Shown: positions 37,974 to 47,246 of the stretch, piece after piece | Layout of the letters: every line of letters begins with the position of its first letter | How positions within the stretch are numbered: position 1 is the stretch's first letter | Source of the DNA: an uncultured Nitrososphaerota archaeon | GTDB taxonomy: Archaea > Thermoproteota > EX4484-205 > JAAOZO01 | Length of the DNA: 64,000 nucleotides | Reading direction: 5' to 3' | Assembly (NCBI GenBank): GCA_964408285.1 | Contig: CAYOYV010000005.1 | Location: 1 to 64,000 of the forward strand | The notes under the pieces: generated by a model | What the model saw: only the letters and a program-made list of their open reading frames with translations | Told to the model about the DNA's origin: nothing | Databases searched by the model: none | Program-made: the position numbers and the translations under genes

Positions 37974-38801
37974 TTGGCTGGTCCTAGGATAATCGTGCTG
38001 ATTAAGGCTGTGCCTGACATAGAGCGAGTTAAATTCGACCAGGAAACAGGAAGGATAGACAGGAGCTCCGCCCAGCTAGAGCCGAACCCGTTCGATCTTA
38101 ATGCACTCGAGGCTGCGCTGAGGATCAAGGAACGGTTGGGCGGGATCATAACAGCGCTAAGTATGGGCCCACCTCAGGCTGAGACCGTACTGAGAGATGC
38201 GATTGCCAGGGGTGCCGACAAGGCTATTCTCTTGACAGACGAAGCTTTTGCTGGATCTGACACTCTCGCTACTTCCAGAGCCCTAGTCGCTGGAATCAGA
38301 AAAACAGGGGAGTTTGACCTCGTGATCGCTGGGGAGAAGTCTGTCGACGGAGACACTGGACAGGTTGGCTCTGAGGTGGCTTCCCTCTTGGGGCTTCCAT
38401 CCGATTCATATGTGGATTCAATCGAAGATGTCACCGACAACCGAATCACGGTTACCTGTGACTATGGAACTCGCCGATATGTTAGGGAGTCGACGTTCCC
38501 GTGTGTTATTTCTGTCACCAAGAATGTGGCTAGTCCCAGGCTGCCGAAGCTCGCTGACGCCCTTAGGTCAAGAAAGGCGAAAATCGAGATCAATGGGGCG
38601 TCAGATTTGGGCGAGTTTGTGGATAGGAAGACATTGGGGACACTGGGTTCTCCAACACATGTAATGAAGATACGAATTGGCTCGGAATCCAGACGAGACA
38701 GCAGAAGGCTTGCTGGAAGTCCGACAGAGGTGGCCAAAGAGCTTGCAGATTTGATAGAGTATTGGCTGCATGGGGGGAAGGGGATTGAAAAGACAGTCTG
38801 A
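37974..38801 (+). CDS. etfB: Electron transfer flavoprotein beta subunit
   Basis: IK.VPD, NPFD..ALE.A, SMGP, FAGSDTLATS, GEKSVDGDTGQVG, PRLP, GSPT.V. Confidence 0.93.
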   Translation: MAGPRIIVLIKAVPDIERVKFDQETGRIDRSSAQLEPNPFDLNALEAALRIKERLGGIITALSMGPPQAETVLRDAIARGADKAILLTDEAFAGSDTLATSRALVAGIRKTGEFDLVIAGEKSVDGDTGQVGSEVASLLGLPSDSYVDSIEDVTDNRITVTCDYGTRRYVRESTFPCVISVTKNVASPRLPKLADALRSRKAKIEINGASDLGEFVDRKTLGTLGSPTHVMKIRIGSESRRDSRRLAGSPTEVAKELADLIEYWLHGGKGIEKTV

Positions 38802-39774
38802 TGGGATTTTGGTGTTCTCTGAATTCATTTCCGGTTCTCTGCACCCTGTAACACTGGAAATACTTGGGAAGGCACGTGACCTAGCAGATAAGGTGTCTTC
38901 AGACGTACTTGCTGTGATGGTCGGAAGCGGCCTATCCGAGGCAGCACGTGAGCTTGTCTTTCACGGAGCAGATGTTGTGTATTCCATCGATCATCCATCG
39001 CTGACGGATTTTGATCCTTTGCTATTCCAGCAGAATCTCGTGCCCTTGTTGCGCGAACTGAATCCCTTGACATTTCTGCTAGGGGCAACCCAAATCGGAA
39101 GGTGCCTCGGACCAAGAATAGCCGCTCAGCTCGGAACCGGCATAACCGCTGACTGCACCGATCTCGATATGACCCCTGAAGGGAATCTCGTTCAGGTGAG
39201 GCCAGCGTTCGCAGGAAACATCATTGCGACAATAATCACAAGGACAAGGCCGCAGATGGCCACGGTCAGGTACAGGGTAATGAAACCCGCCTCCAGGGAC
39301 CAAAGTCGCGAAGGAAGGATAATAGCCAGAGACGCTGCTTTCACGACCCCGAGCGCCAAGGTGATAACAAGCTCCAGATCCACTGGCATTGACATCTCGT
39401 CAGCGGACATCATAGTTTCAGTCGGTCGTGGCCTCCCGAGACGCGAAGATCTAAGACTAATCGAGGATCTAGCAGACGCATTAGGGGGAATCGTGGGCTC
39501 AAGCAGGCCTCTGGTTGACGACGGTTGGATTTCAAAGGAGCACCAAGTAGGATTCAGCGGGAATGTTGTCAAACCCAGGCTCTACATAGCTTGCGGCATT
39601 TCAGGGTCTCCTCAGCACTTGTTCGGTATGAAGGACTCCGAATATATAATCGCCATAAACAAGGATCCAAGCGCCGCGATCTTCAGGGTTGCCGATGTCG
39701 GCGTCACAATGGATCTCAACGAGGTATTGCCTTTGCTCGCACTCGAGATCAGAAAAAGAAATTTAAGCCATTGA
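38770..39774 (+). CDS. etfA: Electron transfer flavoprotein alpha subunit
   Basis: GITADCT, RPAFAGN, PQMATVR, VSVGRG, SSRPLVD.GW, QVGFSG..V.P.LYIACGISG..QH..GM. Confidence 0.95.
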   Translation: MGGRGLKRQSDGILVFSEFISGSLHPVTLEILGKARDLADKVSSDVLAVMVGSGLSEAARELVFHGADVVYSIDHPSLTDFDPLLFQQNLVPLLRELNPLTFLLGATQIGRCLGPRIAAQLGTGITADCTDLDMTPEGNLVQVRPAFAGNIIATIITRTRPQMATVRYRVMKPASRDQSREGRIIARDAAFTTPSAKVITSSRSTGIDISSADIIVSVGRGLPRREDLRLIEDLADALGGIVGSSRPLVDDGWISKEHQVGFSGNVVKPRLYIACGISGSPQHLFGMKDSEYIIAINKDPSAAIFRVADVGVTMDLNEVLPLLALEIRKRNLSH

Positions 39775-39794
39775 GCACGAAGTCGGCCACCACA

Positions 39795-41186
39795 ATGGTA
39801 GATGCAGTGCCAGAGGATGTCATATCGCAGCTTAAGGCCATCTTGGGAGAGCAATATGTTCTGACAGATCCTGCCATCACAAAGCCCTATCTTCTAGACG
39901 AGACTGCACCTTGGGTCAGGCCGAATCCGAGCAAGGCTATAGTGGTCGTCAAACCCGGAAGGACAGACGAAGTTTCGAGCATAATGAAAGTTGCGCATCA
40001 GAACGCGATATCCGTGTTCCCCCGAGGAGGTGGTACCGGACTATGCGGGGGGGCAGTACCCACCATTCCCGGAATCGTGATCGCCATGGAAAGAATGAAT
40101 CATGTGGAAATAGACAAGGAGAATCTATTGGCCATATGCGAAGCTGGCGTGACACTGCGCGATCTTTCCGCTGCAGCAGAGGAGGCCGGTCTGTCATTTC
40201 CTCCTCATCCAGGGGACGATAGTGCCCAGGTGGGGGCGATGGTTGCCACAAACGCGGGTGGTTCTAGGGCAATAAGGCATGGGGTGATGAGGAATGCGGT
40301 AAGGGGCCTTGAGGTCGTATTGGCGGATGGTCAAACAATGAAAATGAGCTGGAAGTTGCAGAAAGACAACACTGGATACAATCTCATGAATCTCTTCATA
40401 GGAAGTGAGGGGACTCTCGGAGTCATAACAGGCGCCGCGATCAAGCTTTCCCCTCGTTCCCCTTTCACGATGACGATGCTCATTCCTTATGATGATATCT
40501 ACGATGCGATCGGGACAGTTCCAGACATGCTTGTCTCAGGAATGACTCCGTTGGCCGTAGAATACGTCCAACGAAGAGAGATCTCAATTGTGGAAAAACA
40601 CCTCAATCAGGAATGGCCAGCAAGGCAGGGATCTGTCTTCCTTCTGGTAATCCTGGACGGGATGGACCAAGATGAAGTCTTCCGTATGGCGGAGAGGCTA
40701 TCCGAGATATCCAAGAAACGCAAGGCTCTAGATCCCATCGTTGCGGAATCAACAAAGGAGCAGGAGAGAATATTAAATATGAGAAGCAACATCTACACGG
40801 CCCTCAAGTCGGACTCGTACGATATCCTAGATGTTTCGGTTCCACCACCCATGATGGCCGAACTTGTCCAGAAGATCAATAAGATATCAGAAAGATTCGG
40901 GATATACATAGCACTCTACGGACACGCCGGAGATGGAAACCTGCATCCTCAGCTCATCTTCAAGGAAGGCATCGAATTGTCAACATATGAGAGAGCTAAG
41001 GAGGAGATATATGCTGAAGCGACTTCAATGGGAGGCGCCATCACAGCAGAGCACGGCATAGGAAAGATAAGGTCGAAGTTCCTTCATCAATACCTATCGG
41101 ATCGCCAACTTCAGCTTATGTCCGGGATAAAGAGGATATTCGATCCAAAAGGCATTCTGAATCCGGAGATCTCATTCGCAAGCTAG
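39795..41186 (+). CDS. FAD-linked 2-hydroxyacid dehydrogenase (GlcD/LctD/D-lactate dehydrogenase family)
   Basis: PRGGGTGLCGG, TNAGG, KDNTGY, IGSEGTLG, GHAGDGNLH, AEHGIG, FDP.GILNP. Start set to the ATG at 39795 because the longer track ORF overlaps etfA. Confidence 0.9.
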   Translation: MVDAVPEDVISQLKAILGEQYVLTDPAITKPYLLDETAPWVRPNPSKAIVVVKPGRTDEVSSIMKVAHQNAISVFPRGGGTGLCGGAVPTIPGIVIAMERMNHVEIDKENLLAICEAGVTLRDLSAAAEEAGLSFPPHPGDDSAQVGAMVATNAGGSRAIRHGVMRNAVRGLEVVLADGQTMKMSWKLQKDNTGYNLMNLFIGSEGTLGVITGAAIKLSPRSPFTMTMLIPYDDIYDAIGTVPDMLVSGMTPLAVEYVQRREISIVEKHLNQEWPARQGSVFLLVILDGMDQDEVFRMAERLSEISKKRKALDPIVAESTKEQERILNMRSNIYTALKSDSYDILDVSVPPPMMAELVQKINKISERFGIYIALYGHAGDGNLHPQLIFKEGIELSTYERAKEEIYAEATSMGGAITAEHGIGKIRSKFLHQYLSDRQLQLMSGIKRIFDPKGILNPEISFAS

Positions 41187-41382
41187 CAATCACGCGTGAC
41201 TCTTGATCTGGATTGGCATATGGCTATTGATACAGTAGATGCTCAGTGCAGAATCGCATGGGTGCGAGTCGGAATCAGCCAATCTTGAAACGTTCCTGTC
41301 ATCCGAGGTTATGCTTCTCGAATCGGCTTCCCGTTCAAAGGGTCTCAATGATGTTTGCGATCATTTGCGCTACGCTTCATGC

Positions 41383-42282
41383 TCAAGTCTCTTCCCTCTT
41401 GGGCGGCTTCCTCTGGGCAAGCTTGGCGAGATATGAGACCTTGAAGTATCTCCGGATATCGGGTTGGGAACTGATGGTGTCATATCTCCTGCTTTCTATT
41501 TGTTGGATTCGGCTTTGTGTCAGATTTCTCTTGATCCATGTCAGATAGCTGCTTCTGGCCAGGATGCTCGCCGCAGCAACAGATGGCGCTCCCCCGGCGT
41601 GGGGCATCGCTTGGATCCGCTCTCCCTCTAGGAGGCCCTCAATCACCCTTGTCTTGGCCTTCTTCTTGCTCGAGTCGAACTCGTCAACAATGATCTTCCC
41701 GGGTTTCATTGGCAATCCTTGGATAACCGCCTGCAGAACGCGACCATGACCCCAAGCAAGTATGTCATTCAGATTCTTCCCGATGCTTTTCGACGCATCG
41801 AAGAGTTCATTGAACCTGAACGGCTCAATTGTGAGGACTTTGTGAGCAATGGATTCCAGCCTTATGGCATTGGCGAGTCCCCCCATCATTCCTTCTGGAA
41901 CGACCTTGCTGTCAGCAACGCCCATCGACTGCAAGTATGAGGCTTGTCTTGGATCAAGGGCAACGGCTGCTATCACCAGCGGTCCTGCCACCTCGCCTTT
42001 GCCTGCCTCATCAGAGCCAACGATCACTCCTTCTTGACTGTATTTGCCGTACAGGATCCTCTCTATCACATGTCTGGTTTCTTCTGATTGCTCATACACC
42101 ACCTTACCAGAGGAGTAGACTATCACAAGTCTGCCGTGCAGGCGACCTCTTAAGGACTCGTATCTGCTTGTAGGTTCATCCCTCAAAAAACCAACCGAGG
42201 AGGTCAAAGCCTGACGCAGAGGGCTGTTCAGATCGGCCGGGATGAACGCAGATAGTTGCGTTTTCTGATTCCAGTACTTCAT
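41383..42282 (-). CDS. rnhC: RNase HIII-like protein (TBP-like N-domain plus RNase H2 domain)
   Basis: N-terminal VYSSGKVV (TBP-like), GSDEAGKG..GPLV, GV.DSK, NLN..LAW.H, IVDEF, VAAASILAR. Confidence 0.75.
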   Translation of the reverse strand: MKYWNQKTQLSAFIPADLNSPLRQALTSSVGFLRDEPTSRYESLRGRLHGRLVIVYSSGKVVYEQSEETRHVIERILYGKYSQEGVIVGSDEAGKGEVAGPLVIAAVALDPRQASYLQSMGVADSKVVPEGMMGGLANAIRLESIAHKVLTIEPFRFNELFDASKSIGKNLNDILAWGHGRVLQAVIQGLPMKPGKIIVDEFDSSKKKAKTRVIEGLLEGERIQAMPHAGGAPSVAAASILARSSYLTWIKRNLTQSRIQQIESRRYDTISSQPDIRRYFKVSYLAKLAQRKPPKREET

Positions 42283-42343
42283 TCTAGCTCGAATCTAGCT
42301 CGCTTTGGAAGATCACGCCAGAACCATAGATAAGAGTTTCGAG

Positions 42344-42826
42344 TCATTTGCCGGACTTCCTTCTCTGGATCGGCCGTTCCTCCCAAGGGAAGATGACGCA
42401 CCGAGCTTCGCTTTCCGAAAAGAAATCAGGAGGGAAACGAGGATGGGGCTTGGCAAAAACAGAAGCAGTGAGCACCCTCCTGGAACCCATTTGGAGAAGT
42501 CTCATCTTTGCTTCTTCTAGAGTCATACCGGTTGATATTATATCATCGACCAACACGAAGCTCCTCCCCTGGGTCTCGAAGTCCGGTCTTTCAACCACTG
42601 GATGCGAGAATAACTCGTTCGGAGGCTTCCCTTCCCCATAATGGATTACCCTAATGGAGTGAAGGTTCGGCGATCCGAGAGCTACGGCCAGCATGCCGGC
42701 GCATACCAGGCCCCCTCTTGCCACCCCCACAACTGCATCGAACTGGCCCTGGCTTGATATGAACTTGGCCACCTTCCTTATCAAAATCTCGAGTTCTTCC
42801 CACCCAATCTTTCTTGTTTCGATCAA
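42344..42826 (-). CDS. Purine phosphoribosyltransferase (Gpt/HGXPRT-like)
   Basis: VGVARGGL, VLVDDIISTGMTL PRPP motif, PDF, FPWE. Confidence 0.85.
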   Translation of the reverse strand: MIETRKIGWEELEILIRKVAKFISSQGQFDAVVGVARGGLVCAGMLAVALGSPNLHSIRVIHYGEGKPPNELFSHPVVERPDFETQGRSFVLVDDIISTGMTLEEAKMRLLQMGSRRVLTASVFAKPHPRFPPDFFSESEARCVIFPWEERPIQRRKSGK

Positions 42827-43108
42827 TCATAGCCAATCCTCCGATGTGTCTTATATCCATTGGGCGCGCCGAGTGGAATGGAAGACCGCTCGCCTTTCTC
42901 TAGCATGGCAGACATCTTGCAGGACCTACCCCCCCAAATCGAAATCTAGCGACTTCTCCTCAAGACATGCTGAAGCGCGTCTTTCTGGCCTGTTGAACCG
43001 AAATAAACGATATTCGCAGATTCGGGGCTGATTCTGCCGAAATTGGGAGGAATGAGGTCCAGAAAAGGCGCGATATGATTATAGTGAAAGTCCAGCCCCG
43101 GTCAATCA

Positions 43109-43732
43109 ATGAATGCGAGGGGCCTGTGGGCGGCGCTTGTGATTTCAATTCTGGTTGGAGGCTCGATCGTGAGATATTCGGTCGGCCAGGATGAATCAGG
43201 AGCTGAGGACGAAGAAACATTGCCGATTGGTCTTTTGATTCACGCTCAGATCAAGGAATTGATCGCTGAACGTTTGGTCCGTATCCATGAGCTGATAATG
43301 GACCACAAGTTGGAGAAGGCGGAACAGAACGAGGAGAAGCTTCAGTTGATACTCCAATTCCACGAAATGATAAGGGATAGGAACATGATGCTCAAGCAGG
43401 AACTCGAAGACCTCAGGCGCAGATTCGAAAATGGCGAGATAACACAAGAGGAATACAGGATGGAAATGGAGAGACTGAAGTCAGAATTCCGGGAACAGAA
43501 GGGCAGTTTCCTGCATCTGGGCCAGCAGCTCAAGGCACTGATGGACACGCTCAAGGATGGCGGAGGAAATCTCGGACAGCAGATCTCTGCAGTAAACAAG
43601 GAGATTCACGAGCAGATGGCCGCAATCAGAGATGAAATGAAGGAAGCAGAGAAGGCAGCGAAAGAACAGGAAGCAAAGGGCAAGGGCCATGACAACGACA
43701 ACAATAGCAACAACAACCGAGGAGGAAGGTAA
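43109..43732 (+). CDS. Secreted or membrane-anchored coiled-coil protein of unknown function
   Basis: N-terminal hydrophobic signal, E/K/Q/M-rich heptads, LRRRFENGEITQEEY (SHOCT-like) motif, low-complexity N/G tail. Confidence 0.75.
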   Translation: MNARGLWAALVISILVGGSIVRYSVGQDESGAEDEETLPIGLLIHAQIKELIAERLVRIHELIMDHKLEKAEQNEEKLQLILQFHEMIRDRNMMLKQELEDLRRRFENGEITQEEYRMEMERLKSEFREQKGSFLHLGQQLKALMDTLKDGGGNLGQQISAVNKEIHEQMAAIRDEMKEAEKAAKEQEAKGKGHDNDNNSNNNRGGR

Positions 43733-43734
43733 AC

Positions 43735-43983
43735 ATGATGAGCCCTGATTTCTTCAAGAAGGCAGGAAGCCTACCGGACGGGGACTTTGCAAAGCTTGCG
43801 AAGTCTTGCATGAATGAATTGCTGGGCGAGTCGATCTCGCTTGCCATAGTATATCACTTGGGTGGTTCTGATGTTCTACACAACCCCAAGGTCTTCGAAA
43901 GCAAGCTCCAAAACACGTTTGGGCCGGGAGCAGACACAATCCTGAACTACATCTATAGAAATCTAGAGACGAAGCAGCCATAG
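43735..43983 (+). CDS. Small helical protein, DUF3227/NitrOD5-like
   Basis: LLGES...AIVYHL.......NP..FE..L...FG.GA..I...I..NL pattern; GGAGGAAGGT SD directly after the upstream gene. Confidence 0.6.
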   Translation: MMSPDFFKKAGSLPDGDFAKLAKSCMNELLGESISLAIVYHLGGSDVLHNPKVFESKLQNTFGPGADTILNYIYRNLETKQP

Positions 43984-44159
43984 GAAGATCGGGGAGATCC
44001 CCGTCACTGCGAGTGATCGTCTGCGCCCCCGGAGGCTAATTCCTTTCGCCCAAGAGGGGGTGTGTGCAAAATTATTAGAAAATCGCACGCAATCGAATGA
44101 TTCTTTTGCCAATGCATATAAGGGGATGTTTGTAACAAAAACATCAGGCATCGGGCGCT

Positions 44160-45731
44160 ATGTCAATAGGCGGGAGAAACATCGGGCGCGGATTGGGCCT
44201 TTCCGAAGGCTTTCGTGCCTGCTTGATCTTACTGATATTGCTACAGTTATTGCCCGCCGCAACTGGGGAGTTCCAGGAGCTTGGAACAACCATAAAGATT
44301 CAACTGCACAGAGATGGAACAGCCAGATGGACATTCCTCAAGAAACTGAATCTCACAGATGAAGATCAAGTCGAGGCATTCGAGCGGTTTGCGGAGGAAC
44401 AGGAACTGAACAGGAGCAATCTAATATCTGAATTCTCTTCAAGATTCGATTCAATCGTTGGCAAGGCTGCCACTCTGACTAACCGCTCGATGAGGGCCTA
44501 CGATTACAATGTTTCCTTCTCGATTTCTCCGATAATCACCGGAGGAAGCATTGGGCTGATAGAGTATTCCTTCAGCTGGGAAGGATTTGCGGTGAAGACA
44601 GATAGCAGATTAGTAATAGGCGACGTCTTCGAAGGTGGTTTCTATCTCTACGACGGCGACAGATTGATCGTGAGTTATCCCTCCGATTATTCAGTGTCCA
44701 GCGTAGTCCCTTCGCCAGACCAAGCAACATCAACTGAAATCACATGGTTTGGAAGGAGGATCTTCGAGGCTGGAAGACCCTCGGTAGAGCTGAGAAGCAG
44801 AATCGTCAATGTGACCCTGTATCCGACCAACGAAGAAGTCAACGTCGGGCACCCGATGTCAGTCTTGGGGAGGATAACTCCTGCATATAGACTGAGTCTC
44901 TCGATCGTCTATCTCAGGCCGAATGGTACCAGCTTCGAGAGATTAGTAACTAGCTCACTCGATGGCACTTTCAATGACACGACACAGGCGGACCAAGAGG
45001 GAACCTACAAGATACTTGCTAGATGGATTGGAAGTGAACAACTCAACCCCGCTGAGAGCAACATCGTGACGGTCAAGACCGTTGCGGCGCACGCGCCCAC
45101 AATCACCAATGTGACGATCCTCCTGCACCTTTCAACAGACAGAGCGGAGGTCGGCCAATCTCTGACAATCACTGGTAAGGTGATTCCGGCCTTGGTGCTG
45201 AATCTCACCCTGACTTCTCTCAGGCCCGGAGGATCGATGTCTGAGGTCTATCTAAGAACACATGCGAACGGAACATTCGAGCACGAGATGAAGGTGGACC
45301 AGGAAGGAAATTATTCATTCATCGTTAATTGGAACGGAAACGAATCGGTTAATCCTGCTCAAAGCAATCCCGTGACCGCCGTAGCGTACCAGACGTTTTC
45401 CGGCATTATCATGTCTCATTGGATAGAGATAGCTTTGGTGAGCCTCATTGCAGTTCCTGGGGCGTATTTCGCATGGAGAAGCATAAATATGTCAAGGAAG
45501 ATCGAAGGCGAGATCCCCCCGGACGTAAGGGAACGGGATGAGGCAATTGTTCTGTCAATACTCAAGTCAAAAGGTGGGAGTCTTCCGCAATCAGAAATAA
45601 AGAGGCACACTCGCTTCTCCAAGGCAAAGACGTCCTTCATTCTCAAGTCCCTCCAAGACAAGGGTCATATTTGGAAGGAGAAATGGGGAAGGGAATTCAT
45701 TGTACATCTGAAGGCGGAGGCCGATCGCTAG
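44160..45731 (+). CDS. Membrane-anchored regulator: signal peptide, extracellular domain, two Ig-like repeats, TM helix, C-terminal winged HTH
   Basis: DG.A.W, F.W.GFA, IGDVFEGGFYL, PSPD; two repeats of about 95 aa (RP.G..., DQEG.Y....W.G....NPA.SN.V); TM IALVSLIAVPGAYFAW; DE..VL..L...GG...QS.I......SKAKTS..L..L...G.I...K.GRE. Confidence 0.8.
   Translation: MSIGGRNIGRGLGLSEGFRACLILLILLQLLPAATGEFQELGTTIKIQLHRDGTARWTFLKKLNLTDEDQVEAFERFAEEQELNRSNLISEFSSRFDSIVGKAATLTNRSMRAYDYNVSFSISPIITGGSIGLIEYSFSWEGFAVKTDSRLVIGDVFEGGFYLYDGDRLIVSYPSDYSVSSVVPSPDQATSTEITWFGRRIFEAGRPSVELRSRIVNVTLYPTNEEVNVGHPMSVLGRITPAYRLSLSIVYLRPNGTSFERLVTSSLDGTFNDTTQADQEGTYKILARWIGSEQLNPAESNIVTVKTVAAHAPTITNVTILLHLSTDRAEVGQSLTITGKVIPALVLNLTLTSLRPGGSMSEVYLRTHANGTFEHEMKVDQEGNYSFIVNWNGNESVNPAQSNPVTAVAYQTFSGIIMSHWIEIALVSLIAVPGAYFAWRSINMSRKIEGEIPPDVRERDEAIVLSILKSKGGSLPQSEIKRHTRFSKAKTSFILKSLQDKGHIWKEKWGREFIVHLKAEADR
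44805..45385 (+). repeat. Two diverged tandem Ig-like protein repeats inside the membrane regulator
   Basis: DNA copies are recognisable: CAATGTGAC at both starts, TCTCAGGCC in both, GGACCAAGAGGGAA vs GGACCAGGAAGGAA, GCTGAGAGCAA vs GCTCAAAGCAA. Confidence 0.7.
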
Positions 45732-45744
45732 AACAAAGAATTGA

Positions 45745-46929
45745 TTGGGAGGCCATGGGGGTATTAGGGATAAGAGATATTTCGTCCTTCGTGTGTACGG
45801 ATCTCAGATATTAGTGGTGTCCTTCGGCCAGCTACTAGAGATTCTCAAAACGATCAGATCGAGAGATAGACGCCAAGAGCAGATAGAAGCCTTCTTCTCA
45901 GCGACTAGGAGGGAATTCCCCATAGTCGAGGGAGATTCGGTATATTTCGTATACAAAGGAGAGGTTCTGTTCGGTATTGGCGTGGCAGGGGACATGAACA
46001 ACTGGGACACAAGATCGCATCCAATGGAGTCAATCCCTATGACGGATCTGCACTATTTGAGGTGCCAATTCCCTTCCAATGCAAGAATAGAATACAAGTT
46101 CGTGAAGGATGGCGCTTGGATTGTCGACCCGCTCAATCTGAAAACATGCACCGGGGAGATAGGGCTCAATTCATTTCTGACCATGCCAGAATATTCTGAA
46201 CCGCCCCAATATGCTCTCCAGGGGACTCATCGGGGGAGATCATGCTCTCACTCATTCGAGAGCGACTTGTTGAGGACTCGTGTTGACCTCGGCGTACATT
46301 TTCCTGCCCCCGCAGTGGATGCAGAGACCTGCTCCCTGCTTTGTGTCCTAGATGGCGAGAAATTCAAAAGATACGCCCAAGTGGACTTGGTTTGTCATCT
46401 ACACAATGCTCAAGAGGAGACAGAAAAGGTAATTCTCGCATTGATTGACTTCGAACACAGCAGAGATCTCAAGGAATCTCGCCTAATATCAAGAATGATC
46501 ATAGAGGAGGTGTTGCCCTTCATAGGGTCGAGCTATCCGGTTGACAAGAAGCTCAGCGCAAGAGCACTATTGGGTGCTTCCTTCCTAGGAGTCATTCCCT
46601 TTCTCACTGTGCTGGAAAGTCCAGGGGCATTTGGGAAAGTGGGCTGTATGTCTGGCTATCTAGGCAGGTCCGGGGGCGCCATTATTCAAGATTTCTTGTC
46701 CAGGTCAAGACTCGAATTGAAGGTCTACATGAGTTGCGGAACGTTCGAGACCAACATAGGAGGCGCTGGAAGCTTCATCGACTCAGCTCGACTCATGCAC
46801 GAGGCCCTAATGTCACGTGGATATGATGTACTCTACGAGGAATCTCCCGAGGGACATAGCTGGTTCAGCCGAAGGGCCAGACTCATATCGCTTTTTCGCT
46901 TCTTTTTCAGTGGATCAAAGGCACTTTGA
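45745..46929 (+). CDS. Fes/enterochelin-esterase-like alpha/beta hydrolase with N-terminal CBM48/AMPK-like domain
   Basis: VAGDMNNW, EYKF.KDG.W..DPLN, LDG, GASFLG nucleophile elbow, GTFE, EGHSW. True start may be near 45814. Confidence 0.72.
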   Translation: MGGHGGIRDKRYFVLRVYGSQILVVSFGQLLEILKTIRSRDRRQEQIEAFFSATRREFPIVEGDSVYFVYKGEVLFGIGVAGDMNNWDTRSHPMESIPMTDLHYLRCQFPSNARIEYKFVKDGAWIVDPLNLKTCTGEIGLNSFLTMPEYSEPPQYALQGTHRGRSCSHSFESDLLRTRVDLGVHFPAPAVDAETCSLLCVLDGEKFKRYAQVDLVCHLHNAQEETEKVILALIDFEHSRDLKESRLISRMIIEEVLPFIGSSYPVDKKLSARALLGASFLGVIPFLTVLESPGAFGKVGCMSGYLGRSGGAIIQDFLSRSRLELKVYMSCGTFETNIGGAGSFIDSARLMHEALMSRGYDVLYEESPEGHSWFSRRARLISLFRFFFSGSKAL

Positions 46930-47246
46930 GGCTCGATATACCAATGACCGCAACCCACCGATAGACCTAGGCCATGCAATAGAGATCATATTCCACATTT
47001 CGATGGTATACAACTGGATAGATGGATGTGGGACATAGGATCGGCTTGAGAGCCAAAGCTAAGGCGCGGACGCGCGTGCTCTCTAGCCTCTATGGTTCGA
47101 GGGCAGGTACTGTTTTGGCAGTCTTCACAAGCAAACCTCAAGACACATTCGAGGTTATGGGAGAAGACGACGCGATAATGGTTGGCTTGGAAGCTGCCGC
47201 CGATCTCAGCGGCGCCATGGAGCGCTAGAAGACTGAAAGCCAATCC

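Noticed and set aside
39525-39794. 90-aa N-terminal extension of the FAD dehydrogenase ORF in the track
   Set aside because: It overlaps the conserved 3' end of etfA in another frame and has no family-like sequence; the real start is near 39771-39795.
43691-43717. (AAC)n-like microsatellite
   Set aside because: A short imperfect in-frame run encoding the Asn-rich tail; not a CRISPR or phase-variable tract.
46930-47246. 68-85-aa ORFs and a small GC hairpin between convergent genes
   Set aside because: No recognisable motifs or SD; insufficient support for a CDS or structured RNA.
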